A stretch of DNA of 64,000 bases from an uncultured Thermoplasmata archaeon. GTDB taxonomy: Archaea > Thermoplasmatota > Thermoplasmata > UBA10834. The notes below the pieces were generated by a model. It made no database searches. It saw nothing but the letters and a program-made list of their open reading frames with translations, and was not told where the DNA came from. Numbering within the stretch: position 1 is the first letter of the stretch; each line of letters begins with the position of its first letter. The stretch lies in contig CAVVJQ010000003.1 of the NCBI GenBank assembly GCA_963748615.1, positions 97,082-161,081 of the forward strand, in the 5' to 3' direction. Below are positions 38,980-49,265 of the stretch, piece after piece. Made by a program: the position numbers and the translations under genes.

Positions 38980-39822
38980 TCACTTTGTGAGTGTGGATAC
39001 AACATCGACATCATAAATCATTGCCACGAGGTTGTCCTTCGAATCCCTCACTGGGAGTTGTCCGAAATCGCTTTTTCTCATTATTCGAGCCGCGTCTCCA
39101 ACGAGAGTCTTCCTGAATACCGTGATCGGGTTCTTGATCATGATGTCCTTGACAGTCAATTTAGGGAGGTCCACTTTCGAGACTTCATACCAGAGCTTCA
39201 TGACATTCCGCAAACCTTCCCAAGTCCAGTTGTCGTCACCATCGCTTATTCCAAGGTCACTCATCGCGACTGTCCTGTCGACAATCGTCTGATTGAAAAT
39301 GTCTCTGTCCGTCACGATGCCCACGAGCTTGGCGTCGTCATCCAGCACAGGCAGGGCGTAGACCTTCGCGGTCTTGAATGTGGCGAGTGCGACCGTCAAC
39401 GGAGCGCCGTGATATATGGGGATGCAGGGAGACCGGACGATGTCTTCCACGGACAATTCTGGATTCATCTTCTCGACTACGATCAGAAGGTCTGTGGGCG
39501 TTACGATCCCAATGAGCTTGCCTTTCTCCACCACGGGCAGGTGACCAAGATCCCTCTCGACCAATATTCGAGCGGCGTCCTTGACGCTGGCGTTCGGACC
39601 GATCGAAGGGTAGTCCCTCTTCATGACCAGTGCGAGCTGCTCCTCCTCTGGCTTGAAGAAGATGTCCTGACGGGTCACGAAACCAGCGAGGGTTCCGTCA
39701 TCGGTCTTCACGACGGGCATGCCGGTGATATTGTGGCTGACGAGCTGCTTCAGCACTTCGGAACGCGTTCCTGGCAATTCGGCGACTATCGGATTCTCAG
39801 TCATTATCTCTCTTACTTTCAT
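38980..39822 (-). CDS. CBS-domain protein (four CBS repeats)
   Basis: Repeated LPVV/GIVT/VKDIM CBS motifs. Confidence 0.9.
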   Translation of the reverse strand: MKVREIMTENPIVAELPGTRSEVLKQLVSHNITGMPVVKTDDGTLAGFVTRQDIFFKPEEEQLALVMKRDYPSIGPNASVKDAARILVERDLGHLPVVEKGKLIGIVTPTDLLIVVEKMNPELSVEDIVRSPCIPIYHGAPLTVALATFKTAKVYALPVLDDDAKLVGIVTDRDIFNQTIVDRTVAMSDLGISDGDDNWTWEGLRNVMKLWYEVSKVDLPKLTVKDIMIKNPITVFRKTLVGDAARIMRKSDFGQLPVRDSKDNLVAMIYDVDVVSTLTK

Positions 39823-39829
39823 CAGGTCG

Positions 39830-40267
39830 TCACCTCTTCCTGCTCCTAACTACCAGAACGGGGCACGGAGCATAGCGAGTAACCCTTTCGGCAACACTGC
39901 CCATGAAAAGCTTGGCTATTGCCGAGCGCCCAAGAGTGCCGAGAACGACAAGATCGAAATCGGAAGAAGCATCGATGATCTTCCGCGTAGGTGAACCTTC
40001 AAGGACCATCGGAGTGACTTTCACACCCATTTCCTCTCCATCTTTACGAACTTCCTCCACCGCCTTCTTGCCCTCGCTCTCGAGCAGCGAGAAGACGCTG
40101 ACAATGGACGAATCCATGGGATAGCTGACAAACGATGTCTGGTCGATGACATAGAGAGCGGTGACCTCTGCATCCAGCCGCTTGGCAAGCCAGAGGCCGT
40201 ATGTGACCGCCTCTCTAGTGTATTCGGATCCGTCTGTGGCTATGAGTATCTTCTTGATATCATCCAA
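39830..40267 (-). CDS. Universal stress protein
   Basis: ILIATDGS, DLVVLGTLGR and GSVAERVTRYAPCPVLVV. Confidence 0.93.
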   Translation of the reverse strand: MDDIKKILIATDGSEYTREAVTYGLWLAKRLDAEVTALYVIDQTSFVSYPMDSSIVSVFSLLESEGKKAVEEVRKDGEEMGVKVTPMVLEGSPTRKIIDASSDFDLVVLGTLGRSAIAKLFMGSVAERVTRYAPCPVLVVRSRKR

Positions 40268-41342
40268 CTTGCGGCCTCCGTAACCTTCCTCCCAGGGAGA
40301 TAGCAGATACGTTCGCAGATCCCGCAGCAGTGGCCACCTCAGTCAAAGGCTCGTCGCCCGTGACATCGATGACCGCGAGGTCATCATTACAACTGATTTC
40401 TGTAGTGATGCTCTCCGCATTTAATACTTTGCGCCCGGAATACGTCGCCAGACGTATCGCAATCTCAGGAGATATGACACCTCTTCGTCTGCTCAACCTA
40501 TGGGCAGCCTGCAACTCAAGTAGCATGTTCGGGGGAGCAATCATAGCATTGTCCGTCCCCAATGCGACTTCCACTCCATGACGCAACAAGGTGGGTATGC
40601 GAGGATCCATCCCGAAGAATTCATTGGACCTCGGGCAAACGACAATAGGAACCCCTGCCTCAGCACATCGCGCGAGATCGGATTCCGCAGCAGAGGTCAT
40701 ATGGATGAGGAATCCGGGTTTCAGGTCCAGCACCCTGTCGATGTCGTCACGCACGGTTTCGCTGCAGTGCAACGCGAATATCTTACCGGACGCCCTCGCG
40801 AGTCTCGATGCCCGTTCAAGGAGATCGTATGGGATATCCCTTATCGAACTCATTCCAAACCCATCAGACTGTGACAACATTTCCCTCAGCTCAACATCCC
40901 CAGCATCGATGTTCAATGGACGGCTAAGAATGATTGGTTTGAGCAACGAACCAGTCATGGCCTCTAGGATCATGACTACCCCGTCGATCCCTTCCTCTCT
41001 GAAGTCCGCGAAAACCGATGATCCGGTGGAAGACATCAATCGGGCGGATTCGCGCATTGCATGGACCTTGATGTCACGGCTGGCTTCCCTCAGTTTCCGG
41101 TGTTTATAGCCATCAGGGGGCCCAACGATTTCCTCCACCGACCCTTTTAGAGAAGGATAAGCAAAAGCATCACCCAAATGAGTGTGCGCATTTACGAAAG
41201 ATGGGACGATCAGTGATTTTGTGGAGCCCTGGGGGGCTTTGCCCATTCGCACATCGATTACCTCATTCTCAGCAAGGACAAGGTATCCATCTTCAAGACC
41301 CTCTTCAGTGAGAATCCACCGCCCGATATAATTTGCCGTCAT
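40260..41342 (-). CDS. Amidohydrolase-family protein
   Basis: NAHTHLGD, LHCSE, IHMT, CPRSN and LGTDN motifs. Confidence 0.9.
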   Translation of the reverse strand: MTANYIGRWILTEEGLEDGYLVLAENEVIDVRMGKAPQGSTKSLIVPSFVNAHTHLGDAFAYPSLKGSVEEIVGPPDGYKHRKLREASRDIKVHAMRESARLMSSTGSSVFADFREEGIDGVVMILEAMTGSLLKPIILSRPLNIDAGDVELREMLSQSDGFGMSSIRDIPYDLLERASRLARASGKIFALHCSETVRDDIDRVLDLKPGFLIHMTSAAESDLARCAEAGVPIVVCPRSNEFFGMDPRIPTLLRHGVEVALGTDNAMIAPPNMLLELQAAHRLSRRRGVISPEIAIRLATYSGRKVLNAESITTEISCNDDLAVIDVTGDEPLTEVATAAGSANVSAISLGGRLRRPQVG

Positions 41343-41479
41343 CTTCAATACAAGCGAAGGAGCATTCCAGACAAATACTTTGTCGAGAAGACCTAACCGC
41401 AGCCTCATCTATCTCGATGACGACTTGCCAGAATTAGATTTCAGAGTTGAATAAAAATCTAACACTATAAGATTCGGTC

Positions 41480-41493
41480 AAGAAAGTTTATAT
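41480..41493 (+). promoter_or_regulatory. Archaeal BRE-TATA promoter of the ferredoxin gene
   Basis: AAGAAAG-TTTATAT about 45 bp upstream of the ATG; GGAGG SD at 41523. Confidence 0.65.
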
Positions 41494-41535
41494 GGCGGCA
41501 GATAATGCCGAAAAATACCAACGGAGGTTAGTCAG

Positions 41536-41709
41536 ATGCCAGCTAAGATCACAAAGGACGAATGCGTTGCATGTGGCGCTTGCGTAGATGTTTGCCCAGA
41601 GGGAGCAATCACTTGTGAAGATGTCGCAGTCGTGGACGAGAAGAAGTGCCTAGACTGCGGCGCTTGCGTGGACGAGTGTCCGAACAACGCGATCAAGATG
41701 GAGGACTAG
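41536..41709 (+). CDS. 2x[4Fe-4S] ferredoxin (57 aa, absent from the ORF track)
   Basis: MPAKITKDECVACGACVDVCPEGAITCEDVAVVDEKKCLDCGACVDECPNNAIKMED; two CxxCxxCxxxCP motifs, an SD and a downstream T-tract. Confidence 0.95.
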   Translation: MPAKITKDECVACGACVDVCPEGAITCEDVAVVDEKKCLDCGACVDECPNNAIKMED

Positions 41710-41860
41710 GCGAGTCCTCAAACCCCTTTTTCCCAATACATCCTATTTAGAGAACCTTGTTTCCATTGTTCAAGGCGTAAATGGACCATCTTTTTCACGG
41801 CGAGAGGAGCATGTGTCAATCTTGATATAATATGGCAATCCTTCGCGATATGGTGCGGTA

Positions 41861-42631
41861 TTGGACGATTGGGTGTTGTTCGCGATAGCCATAATTCTTG
41901 TCGCATTCGTGCCATCCCTGCTGTACTTGGTATGGGTCAGGAACACGGAGAAGTACTCACGCGAACCGTGGGGCCCTGTCGTCAGAGTCTTCTTCTATGG
42001 ATCCCTAATCTCCGTGATAATCGCGATCGCATTGGAGATAGTCCTTGCATCATTCTTCGACAGGAACCTGGAAAGGCTATACGAGTTCGTTGGAGAGAAT
42101 CCGAGCATCCCCATGCTCATCCTCGCATGTGTCATCGCACCTTTCGTCGAGGAGGCAGCGAAGGCGGTCGGCGTGTTCAGAGCCAGATCCCGCAGGATGT
42201 TGACCGAGCTGGAGAACGGGATCGTGTACGGGGCAGCTGCAGGATTGGGGTTCGCAGCGACTGAGAACCTCCTTTATGAATTCAGCGCCTACGCATCCGA
42301 TGGGGCGGGTGCATGGATCGCTACAGCCATCGTAAGAAGCCTATCCTCGGCGCTCCTCCATGCCACTGCATCCGCGCTATTCGGTTTCGGAATAGCGAAG
42401 AGCGGGATTCTGAGAAAGTCCTGGCTACCATATTATCTTGGAGCGGTGGGACTGCACAGCGCTTTCAATTTCTCAGCCTCGTTCGGAGCGCTGTATGAGA
42501 GTTCGCTCGGGGACCTCGCATATATGATAGGCCTGTCTGTGGCATTCATCATAGCCATCATGGGGTTCAGCATGCTCAGGAAGAAGATACGATCTCTGGA
42601 CACGAGACATCGCAGGAGAAGGCTGAAGTAA
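41861..42631 (+). CDS. PrsW-family intramembrane glutamic protease
   Basis: APFVEEAAK, GFAATEN, LHA and LHSAFN motifs. Confidence 0.92.
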   Translation: MDDWVLFAIAIILVAFVPSLLYLVWVRNTEKYSREPWGPVVRVFFYGSLISVIIAIALEIVLASFFDRNLERLYEFVGENPSIPMLILACVIAPFVEEAAKAVGVFRARSRRMLTELENGIVYGAAAGLGFAATENLLYEFSAYASDGAGAWIATAIVRSLSSALLHATASALFGFGIAKSGILRKSWLPYYLGAVGLHSAFNFSASFGALYESSLGDLAYMIGLSVAFIIAIMGFSMLRKKIRSLDTRHRRRRLK

Positions 42632-42700
42632 TCAATGCGCAAGTTCACCGTCACTCGCGCGCAAGAAGGACTATTAGTCGAGAAGTCATTTCCTCAGCCA

Positions 42701-43264
42701 TTGAGGATCAGGGCGTTCATCTCAGTCGATATCGAACCGACGCAGGAGCTGGTCAGGCTTCTGGGTGAGCTTCGCCATTTGGGGACGGACTTGAAGATCG
42801 TGAAGCCGGAGTTACTCCACCTTACGTTGAAATTCCTGGGAGACACCGAAGAGGATCTCGTCGGCGAGATATGTTCGCGAATGGGCAGGATATCCGAGGA
42901 GACCACACCATTCTCCATCAGATTGACGGGATTAGGAGCTTTTCCATCGGTGTCAAACATCAGGGTGGTCTGGATTGGCGTGCACGATGGTCAGCTGCTT
43001 ACTGTCATCGCGGAGCACTTGGACATCGCTCTTGGAGGAATCGGATTCGAACGAGACCAGAAGGGGTTCAAGCCGCATCTAACGATCGCTAGAACGAGGA
43101 GTTCTAGAGATATTGGTCCACTTCAGGAGATGATCAATGAGAAGGCTGCTACACAATATGGCAGCTACAGGGTCGACCGCATACGCCTGAAGAAGAGCGT
43201 CCTCGGTCCTGGCGGACCGACCTATCACACGATCGGAGAATTCGCCCTGGACGGACACGGATGA
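42701..43264 (+). CDS. thpR: RNA 2',3'-cyclic phosphodiesterase
   Basis: RAFIS, two HxT motifs (HLTLKFLG, PHLTIAR) and GPTY. Confidence 0.92.
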   Translation: MRIRAFISVDIEPTQELVRLLGELRHLGTDLKIVKPELLHLTLKFLGDTEEDLVGEICSRMGRISEETTPFSIRLTGLGAFPSVSNIRVVWIGVHDGQLLTVIAEHLDIALGGIGFERDQKGFKPHLTIARTRSSRDIGPLQEMINEKAATQYGSYRVDRIRLKKSVLGPGGPTYHTIGEFALDGHG

Positions 43265-43282
43265 TCCGGACAGGTTCCGTCA

Positions 43283-45286
43283 TTACTTGGGCATGAGCGC
43301 TTCGTGGACAATTTCCACCAAGTCCTTCACCGGGATCTTGGCCCTCGACTTCTGACATTCTCGTAGGCTTTGAACGCACCACGGGCATGAAGTCACTATC
43401 AGCTCTGCGCCCACGGATTTGGCCATCTGAATCCGATCCGCACCCATCGCTTCGGAGAGCGAGGGGAATCCACTCTTGACGCCACCACCAGAACCACAGC
43501 AAGAACTGTTCCTGCGAGATCGGTCCATCTCCGTCATCGGTGCATCCAGGACCTGTGAAAGCACACGACGAGGTTCTTCATAAACGCCCTGAATTCTTCC
43601 GAGGTCACAGGGATCGTGATATGTCACCTTGCCTTTGAAGCGTACAGGGGAGAGCGATTCAAGCGACAGCTTGCCATCGAGGAATTGAGAGATGTGACTG
43701 ACCTTGATCCCGTATTCTTCTATCAGGTCAGGATAATGATTCAGAGCGGACGAGCATCCAGGACAGGATGTGATCACAACCCTTGCCCCGGCATTACGGA
43801 AATCTCGGAAACATGCTTCCGCCTTGTCGCGCGCGATAGAGAACGCACCCAGTTTTCTGGCAGTCGACCCGCAACATTTCTCCTTGGAGCCTATGTATGC
43901 GGGTTCCACCCCGAGGGCCCTCAGTATCTCAATCATCTTCTGCGCATTCTCAGGGAAGAGAAGGGATGTTGAGCAACCTGCGAAGAACATGACCTCGCCA
44001 TTAGGTTTCAATCCAAGGCCTTTCGACCACTTGGACTTCTGCGCCCTTGGAACCTTCCAAGGGTTGTCGTAATTTCTAAGGCTTGCAAGGACCTCCTTGT
44101 GCTCGGATATATCAACCTTTTTGGAGTCTATTGCGGAACATCTGAGTTCAGCTACCCCTTTTTTAGTATCAATCCTTGACGGGCATACTTCGGTGCATGC
44201 ACCGCATGAAGTGCAGAGAAACAGACCACCCTTCACGGAGTCATCGAGCTTTCCAGTCGAGCCTGAGAGATAGACCCCCTGACCACCCATGTGACCTGAA
44301 CTCCCGAAACTCGGCCCAATCACATTGTATACGGGACAATGCAGAAGGCACATGCCGCATCCGATGCAATACTGAGGCTCCTTATCAACGGCCGACAGCC
44401 TCCCATCATCGACCAGTATCACGACGACGTCCTTCGGTCCGTGCATCCCGCGATATAGCTTCTTCTCGATATCGGCTGTGTAACTTGGACCAGTGATGAT
44501 GTTGATATACGAACTGACTATCTTCCCAGTCGAAAGATAAGTCTGCAACCTGACAGAGTTCATGGCGTCCTCAAGAGTGGGTACTATCTTCTCTGGCGTT
44601 GTAACGATGATATGTTTGTCAGGGAGCATCGCGCACTTCGCTGCATTGCCCTCGTTATGTACGATCACCACTGCCCCCTCGGCCGCGGTGATAGCATTCG
44701 CACCTGTTATCCCCGCCCTCGCTTTCGATAGATACTCCGCGATCTCGTCGCGCATGACTGATGTAAGCTCCATGGGATCGTCGGATATCTTCCGTCCAAA
44801 ATGCTCTGAGAAGAGTTGCGCGATCTCAGACCGCGTCATATGGCAGGCAGGTCCAGTGGGGTGAGCAGCTTCGCAACCAGCCAGCTGGACGATCCTGTCT
44901 CCAAGATCCGTCTCTATCACTTCGACACCCGATTTCGCAAGTTGTTCGGCCAGGTGCAGCTCCTTCGTGACGTTCGACTTTGATTTGACAACTAGCTCGT
45001 GACCGTGCAGCTCGTGTTGGATGGCTTTAAGAGCAGCCTCGGCGGTTTTGACCATAAGGACTCTGAATCCGTTCTCCTTGAGAGCGGAAATCGCTTCTAA
45101 GAGCAGCTCCTGGTTACCCACCGAACTCTCTTTCATGGCGCGCAATCTGTCCTTACGGTCCTCGAGGTCAGGTATCTTCGCCTTGTTCTTGCACTGTCGC
45201 TCCTCGATGGTCCTAAAAGAATGCCTCATACCATCAAGAGACGACTTGTCACGAACAATCTGGTCAACCCGCTCCTTGAGCCCCAT
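43283..45286 (-). CDS. LUD-domain/4Fe-4S/CCG-domain fusion oxidoreductase (LutB-LutA-like)
   Basis: VKSKS, ETDLG, NEGN, ITGPS and GMHGP; CIGCGMCLLHCP and CTSCGACTEVCP; two CCG domains and YHDPC. Confidence 0.88.
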   Translation of the reverse strand: MGLKERVDQIVRDKSSLDGMRHSFRTIEERQCKNKAKIPDLEDRKDRLRAMKESSVGNQELLLEAISALKENGFRVLMVKTAEAALKAIQHELHGHELVVKSKSNVTKELHLAEQLAKSGVEVIETDLGDRIVQLAGCEAAHPTGPACHMTRSEIAQLFSEHFGRKISDDPMELTSVMRDEIAEYLSKARAGITGANAITAAEGAVVIVHNEGNAAKCAMLPDKHIIVTTPEKIVPTLEDAMNSVRLQTYLSTGKIVSSYINIITGPSYTADIEKKLYRGMHGPKDVVVILVDDGRLSAVDKEPQYCIGCGMCLLHCPVYNVIGPSFGSSGHMGGQGVYLSGSTGKLDDSVKGGLFLCTSCGACTEVCPSRIDTKKGVAELRCSAIDSKKVDISEHKEVLASLRNYDNPWKVPRAQKSKWSKGLGLKPNGEVMFFAGCSTSLLFPENAQKMIEILRALGVEPAYIGSKEKCCGSTARKLGAFSIARDKAEACFRDFRNAGARVVITSCPGCSSALNHYPDLIEEYGIKVSHISQFLDGKLSLESLSPVRFKGKVTYHDPCDLGRIQGVYEEPRRVLSQVLDAPMTEMDRSRRNSSCCGSGGGVKSGFPSLSEAMGADRIQMAKSVGAELIVTSCPWCVQSLRECQKSRAKIPVKDLVEIVHEALMPK

Positions 45287-45326
45287 GGATCACACGACTC
45301 ACGCAATGCAATTGTATCGACCAAGC

Positions 45327-45701
45327 TCAAACCTGGAGATGTTTAAGCTGATCCCATTCGACCGTGTGAGGCACTCCCGCCTTCTTCAAAAACCTGCTGA
45401 GCTTCTCGGTTATCCTGATGATCTCAGTGGTCTTCGAATCCGACCGGATATAGAACTCCTTCTTGGCAGGAGTGTTGGGAAACACCATCCTGATCCGCCC
45501 TCTTCGGTTGAACCCCTCGGGTTTCCGATTCTTCTCGATGTCCATCATATTGATCCTGAGGAACATCTGGACGATCTCATCGTCGTCGGGGACCTGGTCG
45601 GTCTCCTCAAGAAAAGTCTTGAGAAGTTCCTCGAAACAGTCTTTCAGGGATTTCCACCTGAACTTCTCCTTGAACACGATATGGCCCGACTCAGCCTTCA
45701 T
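45327..45701 (-). CDS. Hypothetical protein
   Basis: 124-aa ORF with host-like codon usage and a TATA-like TTATAT upstream. Confidence 0.65.
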   Translation of the reverse strand: MKAESGHIVFKEKFRWKSLKDCFEELLKTFLEETDQVPDDDEIVQMFLRINMMDIEKNRKPEGFNRRGRIRMVFPNTPAKKEFYIRSDSKTTEIIRITEKLSRFLKKAGVPHTVEWDQLKHLQV

Positions 45702-45809
45702 ACAAACCGTTCTGATTGGCTACCGCATATATAACCGTGATGTAGCGTCCATGGGGTAGGTTCACCATCGGACACAAGAGATTTATCAATAGGAATCCAT
45801 GGAGCCTCG

Positions 45810-47126
45810 ATGGCGAACGCTCTGACTATTGCTGGCTCCGATTCCGTCGGAGGGGCAGGCCTACAGGCCGACCTTAAGGCGTTCGAGGCCCTGGGGATCC
45901 ACGGATGTACGGTCGTGACCTGCGTGACCTCCCAGAACACCAATGGCGTATCCTCGATATTCCCCATACCCCAGCAGGAGGTAGCCAGCCAGATCAGGTC
46001 AGTCCTTGAAGACGTGAAGCTGGGAGCTGTCAAGACAGGGATGCTTTTCAGCAGCGAGACGGTCAAGACCGTGGCTACCCTCCTCAAAGGCGTTCGAGCG
46101 CCGATCGTCGTAGACCCTGTAATGGTCGCAACGACTGGCAGCCCACTCCACGAATCAGGATTCCTTGAGATGCTCATCACCAAACTGATTCCAATGAGCA
46201 CCATTGTGACGCCAAACCTCCTCGAAGCCGAGAGGATGACTGGCATTAAGGTGAAGGACGAGAGGAGCGCGAAACGAGCGGCCACTGAGATCCTGGAGCT
46301 CGGTCCAGATGCAGTCCTGTTGAAGGGGGGGCATCTCAGGACCAAGGAGGCGACGGATTTCCTCTTGTGGGACGGAGAGATTCTGAAGCTATCGACGCCT
46401 AGAATCGATGTCGAAGTCCATGGGACCGGTTGCACACTCGCCTCACTGATTGCGGGCAACCTCGCGCATGGATACGAGATCGAGGAAGCTGTGAGGATCT
46501 CAAAATCGATGATATACAAGGCAATACTGAGCAGAGAGGTCGTCGGTGCTGGCATACCTTGTGCGAACCCCCTTTCCATACTCAGAGCCGAGGCGCAGAA
46601 GGCGACCGTGCTCGAGGATTTGGAGGTTGCTTCAAAGGCTCTCGAGGACATAATGGATTCAGATCTCATCCCGGAAGTCGGAACGAACATGGGATATGGG
46701 ATGTTAGGGGCATTGGAACCCGAAGAGGTCGCAGCCTTCGACGGAAGAATCGTCAGATGCGGCACGAGGGCGAAGAAGGTCGGATGCGCGCGATTCGGTG
46801 CGTCAAAGCATGTCGCGAGGATTGTGCTGGCCACATCCTCGTGCGACCCTGAGACCCGATGCGCCATGAATGTCAAGTATTCGGAAGCGAATGTCTCCGC
46901 TTGCAGGAAGGCCAAGTTATCGGTGGCTTCGTTCGAAAGGGCCAAGGAGCCGAAAGGAGTATCATCCATGACATGGGGCGTTCTCGATGCTATTGAAAGA
47001 TATGGCCGAGTTCCGGATGTGATATATGACAAGGGCGGGATGGGCAAAGAGCCCATGATCAGATTGCTCGGCAGATCCCCGGAAGATCTGCTATTGAAAC
47101 TCAAGAAGATATCGTCCAACAGATAG
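45810..47126 (+). CDS. thiD: Bifunctional HMP/HMP-P kinase - thiamine-phosphate synthase (ThiD-ThiN)
   Basis: TIAGSDSVGGAG, VDPVM, TPN and HGTGC, plus a ThiN domain (IPEVGTN, FGASKHVAR, GKEPM). Confidence 0.94.
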   Translation: MANALTIAGSDSVGGAGLQADLKAFEALGIHGCTVVTCVTSQNTNGVSSIFPIPQQEVASQIRSVLEDVKLGAVKTGMLFSSETVKTVATLLKGVRAPIVVDPVMVATTGSPLHESGFLEMLITKLIPMSTIVTPNLLEAERMTGIKVKDERSAKRAATEILELGPDAVLLKGGHLRTKEATDFLLWDGEILKLSTPRIDVEVHGTGCTLASLIAGNLAHGYEIEEAVRISKSMIYKAILSREVVGAGIPCANPLSILRAEAQKATVLEDLEVASKALEDIMDSDLIPEVGTNMGYGMLGALEPEEVAAFDGRIVRCGTRAKKVGCARFGASKHVARIVLATSSCDPETRCAMNVKYSEANVSACRKAKLSVASFERAKEPKGVSSMTWGVLDAIERYGRVPDVIYDKGGMGKEPMIRLLGRSPEDLLLKLKKISSNR

Positions 47127-47145
47127 GCGGGGTGATTCTCTGAAA

Positions 47146-48303
47146 GTGGCCATGTTCGCAGATTCGTTCTATCCGACCATCGATGGTGCCGTCGTCTCCA
47201 TGGAGACTCAGGCCAGAGGGCTTGAGGCACGGGGACATGAAGTGGTCATGTTCGCCCCAGACACTCCGAAGAGGCTGAAGATGGATCGACCGGTCCATTA
47301 CTTCCCATCGTTCGCATTCAGGTCATACACGGATTATCGCATCGTCTGGGCAGCCCCCCGCATGATGGAATGCGTCAGAAAGGAGAAGGTCGACGTGCTT
47401 CACTGCCATGGCCTTGCATCTATGGCAATCCTGAGCCTTACCGTCGCCAGGGCGTTGAACATACCTCACGTGCTGACGTTCCATACGATGGCAAATGAGG
47501 CAGTGAAATACTATTCGTTCGTTCCTTTGAGAGAAGATATGATGGTGCCAATGGTCTGGATATATCTCCGGAACCTCCTGAGACGTCCGGAGGTCGTCAT
47601 AGCGCCTTCGGCCCCTGTAAGGGACGAATTGGTCGAGAACAGGATCAAGATGAAGGCCTGCGAGGTGGTCCCCACAGGTATCGACATACAACGGTTCACA
47701 CCGAAGAATCACGACTCGGCGTTCTTGGAGAGATGGGGGCTCAACGGGAACCGGGTCATCTTGCACGTTGGCAGGCTATCATTCGAGAAGCGGCTGGATA
47801 TCGTGCTGAATGCGATTGCTGACCTGAGGAAGGAAGAGCCAGACCTGCGGCTATTGGTTGCAGGGAAGGGACCGGCTTCGGATCATTATCAACGACTTGC
47901 GGAATCCCTCGGGATCAAGGACAGAGTGGTCTTCACGGGATTCCTGCCAGACGACGATCTGCCAAAGGCGTATGCAAGTTGCGACATGCTCGCCATAGCC
48001 TCAACCTTCGAGACCCAGGGATTGGTGGTACTCGAGGCGATGGCGTCGGGCACGCCGGTCGCGGGAATACGGAGCAGGGCGATACCAGAGTTCGTGAAGG
48101 AAGGCAAGAACGGTTGCCTCTTCGACGAGGAATTTTGCACCGATGCTATCAGGAGATGCCTGTCCAAGGCAAACTCCATGAAGATGGAAGCAGTGGCGAC
48201 GGCAAGGGATTTCTCCATCGATTCGTGCACTGCCAAATTAGAGAAAACATACAATCTGGCTGCTGAGATAATGAAGAACGATCTGGAGAACAGATGGTTC
48301 TGA
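47146..48303 (+). CDS. GT4 glycosyltransferase (diacylglycerol glucosyltransferase-like)
   Basis: DSFYPTIDG, TFHT, VGRLSFEK and ETQGLVVLEAMASG. Confidence 0.9.
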   Translation: MAMFADSFYPTIDGAVVSMETQARGLEARGHEVVMFAPDTPKRLKMDRPVHYFPSFAFRSYTDYRIVWAAPRMMECVRKEKVDVLHCHGLASMAILSLTVARALNIPHVLTFHTMANEAVKYYSFVPLREDMMVPMVWIYLRNLLRRPEVVIAPSAPVRDELVENRIKMKACEVVPTGIDIQRFTPKNHDSAFLERWGLNGNRVILHVGRLSFEKRLDIVLNAIADLRKEEPDLRLLVAGKGPASDHYQRLAESLGIKDRVVFTGFLPDDDLPKAYASCDMLAIASTFETQGLVVLEAMASGTPVAGIRSRAIPEFVKEGKNGCLFDEEFCTDAIRRCLSKANSMKMEAVATARDFSIDSCTAKLEKTYNLAAEIMKNDLENRWF

Positions 48304-48357
48304 GAGAACCATAGGAGCCATTCTCTGGTAACCTTTTTCTATGCCAGTTCAGATGTA

Positions 48358-49251
48358 ATGGCGGGACATATGCCGTTATCGTATCCAGTCTTCCTGCTGT
48401 TATATGTCGTTTCCATGATCGTGGGAGTCGTAGCGGGTGTGCTACTGCTGGTTGGCTGGAAGAACATCTCGATGCACAAGACGTTTCAGGCCCTGAAATT
48501 CAACCTGGCATATGTTCTGATGCTCATCATGCTCCCGCTCATAACCCTACTGGAGAGCACCATCCGGAGCGCCGACGAGGTCTCCAAGGAGGTGATCTAT
48601 ACAAACTGGATCTTCAGCATAAGCGGGAACGCGATACGCGTCCTCCAAGACCGCCTTGATTACCAGATCATCGTGGACATGTCCATATTGGTCTACGTCT
48701 GGATATTCACATTCATACTCTACTTCACACCAGTCATCCTGCTTACTGTACGCGAGATGGACCTGGTAAGACGATACTCTGTCGCGATGATGTTCAATTA
48801 CATCATATTGCTGCCATTCTACATCCTAGTCCCGATCACCGTGACAGGGTTCTATGCGGACTCCGGTCTCACACCCTTGCTATACATAAACACAAATTGG
48901 GGAAGGATGGTCACTAGCGTCGATCCGCTCAACAATGATTTTCCGAGCGGGCACGTCAGTATCGTGATGACCACTCTGCTGGTTCTGAGTTCAGCAGGCC
49001 TCAAAGGGATAAACATCGACTGGAGAAAGAAGGTATACGTCTATTTTGTCGGATTCTCGGTTGTGGGGATAACCTTCACCGTCCTATATCTCGGGGTGCA
49101 CTGGCTCGCGGATGTGTTCGCAGGTTTCCTATTGGCCGTGGGTGCGACCCTCATATCTGGGAACGAGAAGGTGCAACTCACCATGGATAAGCAGTTCAGA
49201 AGACTCACGGCAGGATTGATTAGAGATGGGTACATCGACCCAGAGAAATGA
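48358..49251 (+). CDS. PAP2-superfamily membrane protein (AUR1/IPC synthase-like)
   Basis: Multiple TM helices; FPSGH and LYLGVHWLADV motifs. Confidence 0.82.
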   Translation: MAGHMPLSYPVFLLLYVVSMIVGVVAGVLLLVGWKNISMHKTFQALKFNLAYVLMLIMLPLITLLESTIRSADEVSKEVIYTNWIFSISGNAIRVLQDRLDYQIIVDMSILVYVWIFTFILYFTPVILLTVREMDLVRRYSVAMMFNYIILLPFYILVPITVTGFYADSGLTPLLYINTNWGRMVTSVDPLNNDFPSGHVSIVMTTLLVLSSAGLKGINIDWRKKVYVYFVGFSVVGITFTVLYLGVHWLADVFAGFLLAVGATLISGNEKVQLTMDKQFRRLTAGLIRDGYIDPEK

Positions 49252-49265
49252 TGGACGAAGAAGGA

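Noticed and set aside
38941-39849. 302-aa plus-strand ORF (likewise 28309-29064, 45021-45734 and 57700-58350)
   Set aside because: Antisense shadows of well-supported genes on the opposite strand.
45698-47230. 510-aa minus-strand ORF
   Set aside because: Antisense shadow of thiD-thiN with no motifs.
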